Below, piece after piece: positions 56,947-64,000 of a stretch of 64,000 nucleotides of DNA; position 1 is the first letter of the stretch; every line of letters begins with the position of its first letter. Origin of the DNA: Flavobacteriales bacterium (GTDB taxonomy: Bacteria; Bacteroidota; Bacteroidia; Flavobacteriales_D; Sanyastnellaceae); assembly GCA_020437755.1 (NCBI GenBank), contig JAGQVX010000001.1, positions 12,009 through 76,008 on the forward strand, given 5' to 3'. The notes below the pieces were generated by a model. It saw only the letters and a list, made by a program, of their open reading frames with translations. It was not told where the DNA came from and did not search any database. A program made the position numbers and the translations under genes.

Positions 56947-57514
56947 CGGTCGTGTCTGTGGGTTGTTCTACTATAATATCACCTACAGGTTTCCAAATGC
57001 TGTAGGAAGTAAAGTTTTCATTGCTCGTTAGCCCTTTGCCATTCAACGTTCCCTGGGTGGAATGAATAGTGACAAACTTATCGGTGTATACCTTGTCCGA
57101 GTCCTGTTGCCATATCAACTCCTCCGTAAAGAGGGTGTCCCCTTTATTGTTGTTCAAGACAACATCATGGCGAGCAATCATCTGAAATTGTTCCTCACGG
57201 TAAACTCCAATTTCAGCCCGTATTTCTGCCTCAACATGCTCAAGGGAGTCATAAATATACATTACAAAATTACCGGAAACCTCAATTCGGGGATCTTCTC
57301 CAAGAAAACGATCGACTTGTCCGGCTTCCAGCCTGTTCTTTAACATTCCTCCTTCGGTATAGTTAAAAACGGCTTCAATAGAGGTTTGGGCAGGTAACGT
57401 ACTTTCCTCGGTTAAGGCTTTGATTTCCTTAATTTCATTACTACAAGAAACAAGTATTCCGGCCAGTCCAAAGACCGCCGGAATACTCCAACTTTTTTTT
57501 CGATTACGTCTCAC
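56930..57514 (-). CDS. lptC: LptC-like LPS export periplasmic protein
   Basis: 194 aa with an N-terminal anchor/lipobox (GLAGILVSC). The body is an OstA/LptC-like beta-jellyroll. The call rests on size, composition and the conserved neighbourhood. Confidence 0.6.
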   Translation of the reverse strand: MRRNRKKSWSIPAVFGLAGILVSCSNEIKEIKALTEESTLPAQTSIEAVFNYTEGGMLKNRLEAGQVDRFLGEDPRIEVSGNFVMYIYDSLEHVEAEIRAEIGVYREEQFQMIARHDVVLNNNKGDTLFTEELIWQQDSDKVYTDKFVTIHSTQGTLNGKGLTSNENFTSYSIWKPVGDIIVEQPTDTTDVGKD

Positions 57515-58860
57515 TATTTTCGTTCACGAATCGTAGTGGTCTCACCCCAGCAAGTAACAGTGAAGCTGTCTCCATCCTTCAGGGTATATCCGAACAGCGT
57601 AGCCCGGTCAGGATATTGAGAGGCGCATCGAGAGATTTTCTTGTTTGCGGCATCCGCCAAAGAAGGATCTAGACTCTTGGCTTTCGCATATTTATCGACA
57701 GCAAGCCAATAAACAGATACAGATCCCAACTTACCGTCATCGCACATGCTTGAACTTGCAGCAATTGCATCTCCGTGCAACATCCACGCTTCACCACTAT
57801 TCGGATTCATTGCAAGTACGTCATTAGCATATCCACGTGCTTTGCGCGCTTGTTTTAACACTGAAGCTACCTGTCCGGCTTTCAATAAGTAGGTTTCACG
57901 ATCGGCGCAATCCGGACAGAGGTCAACAGCCTTTTCCAAATAGGTAAGCGCTTTGTTCATGTCTTCCTTCTTTGCATAACCGATTCCAATTGCGTAGTTA
58001 CAAGCTGATGACTCTTCAGCTGCGCAAACCTTTTCGGCAACTTCCAGATAGAATGCACTATCAGTACAGTCCTTCTTGTTCATGAGTCGAAGCACCTTCT
58101 TTAGTACATCAATATCGTCTGGACTTTCGTTTACCTTGTCTTCAAGGATCGGCAACATTTTGTCACACTCCGCAAGAACCACGAAGATTTCGTCGATGTT
58201 GTTTTTCGCTTTCTGGTAGCTTTCAATGGTACGTTCCTTGGTCTCACGCGCCATTGCCTGATCGCACCAATCCTGCAGATTAAGATAGTCCAAAAGCAAT
58301 TCTTTCTTCATCTTATTCTTCACGTCATCATCGCTCTTAGCCATTACCTTGTATTTCACCAGGTAGTAGTTGGACAAGTACACTGCTCGCGAATAATCCT
58401 GCATACAGTTTATAGTTTCATCCAACCATGCATAAGCAGAATCCAACTCGTCAGGACGATACTTCAACAAGCTGATGGCTTTCATCCCCAATACATCACA
58501 ATGACCTGGGGGCACCTCATCATTGCCGGGGTAGTATTCTGCACGCAGATCGTAAAACATCAACAGAGAGTCAACCAAAACGGCTTCACGATCAGTTCCC
58601 TCAGCCTGATCAATCTTGTATCCCAGGAACTTTACACCGTCAGTGTAGAGTCGCTCGGTAACATCGCGTGGACAATCGTCGCAAGCTCGTTGCCAAAAGC
58701 GGTAGGCATCATCAAATTGTTCCTGATCACGGTATGTTCGATAGAGGCTCAAAGCCTCTTTGCACTTTTCTTGCTGTTCTTCTGTCTCTCCGTAGTTCTG
58801 CGCTCCAGCGATGCTGAAGATGAAAAGCGCATTGATAAACAGTAATAACTTCAATTTCAT
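57514..58860 (-). CDS. Secreted TPR-repeat protein
   Basis: ORF extends to 58899. The start at 58860 (MKLKLLLFINALFIFSIAGA/QNYGE) is preferred. The body has multiple TPR-like helical pairs and several conserved Cys. Confidence 0.7.
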   Translation of the reverse strand: MKLKLLLFINALFIFSIAGAQNYGETEEQQEKCKEALSLYRTYRDQEQFDDAYRFWQRACDDCPRDVTERLYTDGVKFLGYKIDQAEGTDREAVLVDSLLMFYDLRAEYYPGNDEVPPGHCDVLGMKAISLLKYRPDELDSAYAWLDETINCMQDYSRAVYLSNYYLVKYKVMAKSDDDVKNKMKKELLLDYLNLQDWCDQAMARETKERTIESYQKAKNNIDEIFVVLAECDKMLPILEDKVNESPDDIDVLKKVLRLMNKKDCTDSAFYLEVAEKVCAAEESSACNYAIGIGYAKKEDMNKALTYLEKAVDLCPDCADRETYLLKAGQVASVLKQARKARGYANDVLAMNPNSGEAWMLHGDAIAASSSMCDDGKLGSVSVYWLAVDKYAKAKSLDPSLADAANKKISRCASQYPDRATLFGYTLKDGDSFTVTCWGETTTIRERK

Positions 58861-58876
58861 TGTTCCAGGTTTTTGG

Positions 58877-60289
58877 TTAATCATATTGTCTTTTGACAAA
58901 CCAGTTATTAAAAATGTGTGGACTCAAACTCAATCCAACTCGTACATTAATGAATTGTTCTTTGATCAGGTTGGAGTCTGTTGTTCCCCTTAAACCAATT
59001 TCCGTGCCGAAAATGATGCGACTAGCGGTAGAAGATTTCCGAAGCGGAATGCTAAATCCGGCAGAAATAGCGGACTCTGAAATCTGTTGATCGTTGATTT
59101 TTAGGTAGGTATCCCCCATGCGAGCTCCAATTCGATAGTCGATAGACTTGAAAAATTTGGCATCTTTTATTTTGATTGAGGGGCTGAATCGGATTCCAAA
59201 ATGATAGGAGCGGGCATTTGCCAAAACATTGGTCTCCGAAATTTCAGAGAAGCCTCCACTGAATCGACTCCAATCTTGCATCTTGTAATCAAATTGAAAT
59301 TCCAGGATTTGGTCGTCTTTAAATTGATGCTGAACACCAAAACCCAGTGTTATACGCTGAGGCAGGGTGATGGTGGCATTGTTGGTCTCAAACGATGAAA
59401 CCGTGTCTACAATGAATTCAAAGTTGGATACATATGTGATCGTCTCGGTAAGTTCCTTGAAATCTGTATTCAGTTCATTGCCCAAGCTATAAGTAGCCCC
59501 TACGTACACATCAGTCTTGGACAACCGGTCTTTCCCTTTATACGTGTTTCTGATATTGAAAAGTCCCAATACCCCAAGGTCAAAGTTGATATCGTGAATG
59601 GTGGTATTGGTAGTTATACGAGAATGCAGATAGGAAGGATCTTCGTAAATCACTCTTCGGGTTTGTTCCAACTGACCGAAGTAGTAATTGAAATTCGCCC
59701 CAACCGAAATAAAATTGACAACATGAGAAGAGTCCGGAGTCATCGACTTGTCCATGAACCCTTTGGAAGACTTCAGGAGAAAATACCTCGCTGCTCCGAG
59801 ATACGCGCGGTTAACCCCTCCTTCACCATCATAGGTATAGCTGATGTCGCCTAAGGTGGGGACGGTTTGCGTATCGGTAATGCTGTATCCTGTGCTTGAA
59901 AAGGGAGTTAAGCCAATCACAGCACCAAACTTTCCACCTTGTCGCTTGAAATTCACGGCGATATTGCTGATGGAGGAAAGCATAAGCCATTCAGATTGGC
60001 TGGCACTGTTTAGCTGAAGGAACTGTCCGTTGACTCCCACGTGCATTCCACTTTTAAGCATCATGGAATACGATGCAGGATTTTGGAAATTTACCGTGGC
60101 ATAGTCAGAAAACGCCGAGGAAACATTCCCCATGCTCATCTGATTGGAGGTGCTTTGATCAGACAAAGTGCCTACTCCAAATCTGGAATATGGCGATAGG
60201 CTCGTCACTTGCGCAAAGATGTTGGCATTCAGCCAAATGCACAGAAGCAAGAGTATGGCTCTAATGGATGTTGTGGAGGAGTATTTCAT
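58877..60289 (-). CDS. Putative outer-membrane beta-barrel protein (470 aa)
   Basis: Signal ...LNANIFA/QVTSL. Amphipathic strands alternate throughout, with aromatic girdle residues. The family is not recognised. Confidence 0.65.
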   Translation of the reverse strand: MKYSSTTSIRAILLLLCIWLNANIFAQVTSLSPYSRFGVGTLSDQSTSNQMSMGNVSSAFSDYATVNFQNPASYSMMLKSGMHVGVNGQFLQLNSASQSEWLMLSSISNIAVNFKRQGGKFGAVIGLTPFSSTGYSITDTQTVPTLGDISYTYDGEGGVNRAYLGAARYFLLKSSKGFMDKSMTPDSSHVVNFISVGANFNYYFGQLEQTRRVIYEDPSYLHSRITTNTTIHDINFDLGVLGLFNIRNTYKGKDRLSKTDVYVGATYSLGNELNTDFKELTETITYVSNFEFIVDTVSSFETNNATITLPQRITLGFGVQHQFKDDQILEFQFDYKMQDWSRFSGGFSEISETNVLANARSYHFGIRFSPSIKIKDAKFFKSIDYRIGARMGDTYLKINDQQISESAISAGFSIPLRKSSTASRIIFGTEIGLRGTTDSNLIKEQFINVRVGLSLSPHIFNNWFVKRQYD

Positions 60290-60971
60290 TCAGTCCAATC
60301 ACTGTTAAATTGGGGGTTGCAAAAATGGGACTTTTATCAGCGTTCTCAAAATGAACGTGATCTCCCCCTGTTATTATTACGTTCAGACCGCTATACCATT
60401 TGCTGTATAGCGCAATCATACCCGAAATTTCACTACGCATGCCCCAATAAGCGCCACTTTGAAGACATTCCATTGTGGATTTGCCTACAGGTTGTGGATG
60501 AGTGTTGGCAGGCGCCAAAGGTAAACGTGCTGTTTGCAGGTGCATACTTTTCAGTCGCATTTGCCAGCCAGGCGCAATGGCACCTCCCTGGTAAGTGTCG
60601 TAGGAATCAAGGATGTCATAGGTAATGCACGTCCCCATGTCTATGGCCAGAACCGGACCTTGGGTATAAATGCAGCGGGCTCCACACATATTGGCAATAC
60701 GGTCCAATCCCAACGTTTCAATGGTTTCGTAGTTGAGACGAATGGGTAAGGGTGTTTTACTACTGAGAATAATTCCTTTTTTCCGTTCAACTGCCTCGAT
60801 GAGCTCAGGCTGATCCATGCCGGATCCCGAATACAGGCAGTTTCCCTTAATGAAATGGGCTAAATGCTCAGGTAAGGACTCTTTTGAAAAGCGTTCCAGA
60901 CTTATCAAATCACGCCTATCGAACCGCGCAATTTTAACATCGGTATTTCCAACGTCTACGACCGTATTCAC
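60261..60971 (-). CDS. coaX: Type III pantothenate kinase
   Basis: VVDVGNTDVKIA (phosphate 1), LGLDRIAN, AIDMGTCITYD, ITGGD. Confidence 0.9.
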   Translation of the reverse strand: MNTVVDVGNTDVKIARFDRRDLISLERFSKESLPEHLAHFIKGNCLYSGSGMDQPELIEAVERKKGIILSSKTPLPIRLNYETIETLGLDRIANMCGARCIYTQGPVLAIDMGTCITYDILDSYDTYQGGAIAPGWQMRLKSMHLQTARLPLAPANTHPQPVGKSTMECLQSGAYWGMRSEISGMIALYSKWYSGLNVIITGGDHVHFENADKSPIFATPNLTVIGLNEILLHNIH

Positions 60972-61561
60972 TTGATTTCCTGTTTCCAGTGTAGCGTTTG
61001 AATCATGTGTTGCAGATCCTGACGAATAAAGGCCAATACCGGGGCAAGCGAATCTACATTTGGACGGGAATTGAAATATAATGAACCCCGAAGGAAGTGT
61101 TCAGTTGAATCAGTGGCATAGAATTGCAATGAAGTAGCCACTTCTCCCTCCAGGTCGTAGATCAATCCGTACACGTGATCTTGGGGGATGGCGAATGGTT
61201 CTCTTCGGATAGCACTGGCTTTGAGCTCATGTTTGAACGCGAATGCATATGCTTCATTGAGCAACACATGGAAATTCGTGTCCACCGGCAAATAGGTGCA
61301 ATGAAAGCGCGCATTAAAACGTGGAAAAGCCACATTAAACCAACAGGTATCTGTTTGATCTGAAGGCCGCATTTCAACACGGGCATAGTTGGGTAGCTCC
61401 AGTTCAAAGGGACAATCAGAAGAAAATAGGGAATAGGTTTTTTCGGGCATGTCTATGCGAAAGTAACCTCTTGGCTTTGGTTGAAATTGATCTTCGCCAC
61501 AGGAAATAAGCATCAGGACAAGCCCAAATGTAAAAATGCTATTCGTCGTCTTCTTTGACAT
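60968..61561 (-). CDS. gldD: Gliding motility lipoprotein GldD
   Basis: 197 aa with lipobox LMLISCGED. The sequence PKPRGYFRIDMPEKTY plus the position directly downstream of gldE match the F. johnsoniae mutY-ssb-gldE-gldD arrangement. Confidence 0.8.
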   Translation of the reverse strand: MSKKTTNSIFTFGLVLMLISCGEDQFQPKPRGYFRIDMPEKTYSLFSSDCPFELELPNYARVEMRPSDQTDTCWFNVAFPRFNARFHCTYLPVDTNFHVLLNEAYAFAFKHELKASAIRREPFAIPQDHVYGLIYDLEGEVATSLQFYATDSTEHFLRGSLYFNSRPNVDSLAPVLAFIRQDLQHMIQTLHWKQEIK

Positions 61562-62885
61562 TAACAGTGACTTTAAGTCGCTTAATTTTTCGTTTGTCGG
61601 CGGCTTCTACGGTAAACGTGAATTCCTTGAATTGAATTTTTTCTCCTTTGAGGGGTATTTTACCCGATTGTTCAATCACAAATCCTGCGAGGCTATCTGA
61701 TTCACCTTTGGCTGCTTCAAAGCGACTCCCATCAATTTCCATGACCCGGTACAAGTCAATTAACGGTGTTTTTCCTTCGAAAATATAATTGTGGTCATCA
61801 AGCTTGGAATAGGTAAGGTCATCGTCATCGAATTCATCGCTGATTTCGCCGACAATTTCCTCAATAATGTCTTCCATGGTAACCAATCCTGAAGTCCCAC
61901 CATACTCATCCACTACGATAGCCAGGTGAATTTTACGCTCCTGGAATTCTTTCAGCAGGTCGTCGATTTTTTTATTCTCCGTGACGATGAACGGGCTTTT
62001 AATTAAGGATTGCCATTCAAACTCTTCCTTGTCAATGTGGGGAATTACATCCTTAATATAGAGGATTCCCGCAATTTCATCCATGGAGTTTTGGTACACC
62101 GGAACGCGGGAGTATCCCGCCTGTTGGATGTTCTTGATTAACTCTGAAAAGTCCCAGTCATGCGAGAAGGCGATCATATCGACCCGACTGGTCATGATTT
62201 GCTTGGCGTCTTTCGTGCCAAAATTGACGATTCCTTCCAGGATCTTTTGCTCCTCATCGGTTCGCTCATCATCATTGGTCAATTCAAGCGCATGGCCAAG
62301 CTGGTCAACCGAAATATTGAGCGTGGCGCTTTGTGATCGATTGCCTTCGAGGTATTTGGACGACCGAATCAGTACGTTTCCAAGTGGTTTTACCATCCGC
62401 TGAACAATGAATAGGGCCGGTGCCATAGCAGTGGCCAATTGCACGTTGAATGAAGTGGCGTAGACTTTTGGGATCACTTCGCCGAAGAGCACAATAAGGA
62501 ATGTGATAACGCCAATGTTCCACACGAGTTCTTCTAAATCGCTCAGGTTTGATGGCAGCAGTCCATCTGCGACAATGGTCGAAATGAGGACAATCGCAAT
62601 ATTGATAAAGTTGTTGGCAATGAGAATAGTTGCCAGCAGACTTTGAGAACCCGTTTCCAGATCGGGATTTTCGAGGAGGTCAATTACGCGTTGATTCTTC
62701 TTTTCTCCTGAGTCATTCAGTGATTTCCGCTGTCCGGGTGTGAGTGAGAAGAAGGCTACTTCGGACCCCGATACCAAAGCACTGAGAATGAGCAGCACGA
62801 GCATAAGCACCAGACTGAAAATCAGCGAGGGGCTCCAATGAATATCCAAAAGCAGCGCGGTAAATAAATAACTGTCAGGATCCAA
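61539..62885 (-). CDS. gldE: Gliding motility protein GldE (DUF21-CBS-CorC_HlyC)
   Basis: 448 aa with N-terminal TM domain, a CBS pair and a CorC_HlyC domain. It lies between ssb and gldD. Confidence 0.8.
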   Translation of the reverse strand: MDPDSYLFTALLLDIHWSPSLIFSLVLMLVLLILSALVSGSEVAFFSLTPGQRKSLNDSGEKKNQRVIDLLENPDLETGSQSLLATILIANNFINIAIVLISTIVADGLLPSNLSDLEELVWNIGVITFLIVLFGEVIPKVYATSFNVQLATAMAPALFIVQRMVKPLGNVLIRSSKYLEGNRSQSATLNISVDQLGHALELTNDDERTDEEQKILEGIVNFGTKDAKQIMTSRVDMIAFSHDWDFSELIKNIQQAGYSRVPVYQNSMDEIAGILYIKDVIPHIDKEEFEWQSLIKSPFIVTENKKIDDLLKEFQERKIHLAIVVDEYGGTSGLVTMEDIIEEIVGEISDEFDDDDLTYSKLDDHNYIFEGKTPLIDLYRVMEIDGSRFEAAKGESDSLAGFVIEQSGKIPLKGEKIQFKEFTFTVEAADKRKIKRLKVTVNVKEDDE

Positions 62886-62914
62886 GGTGATTCAATTGGT
62901 ACGACAAAAGGCGA

Positions 62915-63340
62915 TTAGAATGGAAGATCATCAGCATCCGGTGTGTCGGCTTGGTGCCCACCACCGCTTGATACGCCGCTTTCAGGTCGGTTTCCGGGTT
63001 CGCGGCTTGACAAAAGTGTGAGTTCTTCGACTTGAATCTCAGTAATGTAGCGCGTTTGTCCGTCCTTTTCATAAGTGCGATACCGCACTTTGCCTTCCAG
63101 GTAAACACGATCTCCTTTTCGCAAATAGCTTTCCGCGATTTTTACCAGTCCCGGCTTTCGGATGACAATGGAATGCCAATCTGTGGGAAGGGTAATGCGT
63201 TCACCAGATTCTCGGTTGCGGTAAGTCTCTGTTGTAGCCAATGGAAAGCTGATTACCGATCCACCGCTTTCGAACGATTTCAATTCGGGGTCTCTTCCCA
63301 GGTTACCAATTAGAATGACTTTGTTAACGCTTCCTGCCAT
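62915..63340 (-). CDS. ssb: Single-stranded DNA-binding protein
   Basis: OB fold (MAGSVNKVILIGNLGRDPELK...), a Gly/Ser-rich linker and an acidic tip DADDLPF. Confidence 0.95.
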   Translation of the reverse strand: MAGSVNKVILIGNLGRDPELKSFESGGSVISFPLATTETYRNRESGERITLPTDWHSIVIRKPGLVKIAESYLRKGDRVYLEGKVRYRTYEKDGQTRYITEIQVEELTLLSSREPGNRPESGVSSGGGHQADTPDADDLPF

Positions 63341-63401
63341 GATGATTCGCTTTAGCCGACAAATATAGTTTATCTACTTGCAAGTTAGAGATTTCCCCCA
63401 T

Positions 63402-64000
63402 CTAATCGAAGTTTTGTTGGTGCTTACTCCAGAATTTCTCAATGAGGATGGGTACTGCCAGTTCACCGAAGCGTTTCTTGGGTGTCCAGATTACATTTTG
63501 GCCGTTGATAGTGTCCGGGGTATTTGAGATGTGCAGCAGGAAAAAGCGTGCAGTGATGTCACGATGCGAGAGTTTGTGCGAAAACGTTGCCAAGAGCTCT
63601 GGAATTTGGGTGCTGTGTGAGATTTCTGAGGGTATTTCAGGAAATTCATCACGAACTGTCGGGGAGGAGATATTGGTTTCGGGGAAGTCCCATAAGTTTT
63701 TCCACACCCCCTGCCGCGTGCGCTGTTTCATGGCAATATGACCTTTGTTGGTCAGGACGAGGTAGTCCAGATGCCATTCAGAGACCTTGGTTTTGCCTTG
63801 TTTCATGGGGATTTTATCCGTCAGACCAAGGGCGTTGGCCATGCAGTCTTTCTGAATGGGACAGGACGAACAAAGCGGATTTCGCGGTTTACATACCTGC
63901 GAGCCAAGATCCATAATGGCTTGGTTGAAATCACCGGGACGGAGGCGGTTGAGGTATTCGTTGGCCAGGGTGTCAACTTGTGATCGACCATCGGGTTTGT
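63402..64000 (-). CDS. mutY: A/G-specific adenine glycosylase, C-terminal part (N-terminus beyond window end)
   Basis: The frame stays open to the window edge: ...RLRPGDFNQAIMDLGSQVCKPRNPLCSSCPIQKDC (HhH-GPD end plus a 4Fe-4S loop with four Cys), followed by a NUDIX-like C-terminal domain. Confidence 0.9.
   Translation of the reverse strand, partial: KPDGRSQVDTLANEYLNRLRPGDFNQAIMDLGSQVCKPRNPLCSSCPIQKDCMANALGLTDKIPMKQGKTKVSEWHLDYLVLTNKGHIAMKQRTRQGVWKNLWDFPETNISSPTVRDEFPEIPSEISHSTQIPELLATFSHKLSHRDITARFFLLHISNTPDTINGQNVIWTPKKRFGELAVPILIEKFWSKHQQNFD

Overview
This is a 64-kb chromosomal segment that looks like a T9SS-bearing, gliding-type Bacteroidota genome (Flavobacteriia- or Cytophagia-like). 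The taxon is inferred only from gene content: gldD/gldE, T9SS C-terminal sorting domains, DUF4249/TonB-receptor genes, and signal peptides that end just before Gln. Every call below comes from reading the six-frame ORF track and the DNA by eye. No database search was run.

The window is about 90% coding, with roughly 50 CDS.

- Housekeeping genes: aspS, pheS, cysS (frameshifted), queA, coaX, ssb, mutY, tRNA-Pro(GGG), a DEAD-box helicase, PPIases, and the lptC neighbourhood.
- Motility: the classic mutY-ssb-gldE-gldD gliding block.
- Efflux: a MacAB-like pair at the left edge.
- T9SS cargo: three very large or unusual genes, namely a 2130-aa metalloprotease/repeat/beta-helix protein, a 495-aa propeller-like protein and a 1685-aa C25 peptidase.
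- Surface signalling: an ECF sigma / STN-TonB receptor / DUF4249 / FecR unit.
- Mobile DNA: one IS1595-family element.

The most interesting items are:

1. A seven-gene periplasmic nitrate-reductase locus (42.8-50.2 kb). NapDA is combined with a tandem-duplicated tetrahaem NapB, a tetrahaem lipoprotein cytochrome and an NrfC/NrfD-type quinol-dehydrogenase module. No NapC or NapGH is present in the window.
2. An array of about 18 phased 21-bp repeats in an 890-bp gene-free gap (17.0-17.4 kb).
3. Two families of palindromic or duplicated intergenic repeats (7.7-8.0 and 17.5 kb; 28.6-29.4 kb).
4. An IS1595 insertion that cuts off a PIN toxin gene right next to the nap operon.
5. A 1-nt frameshift in the essential cysS gene.
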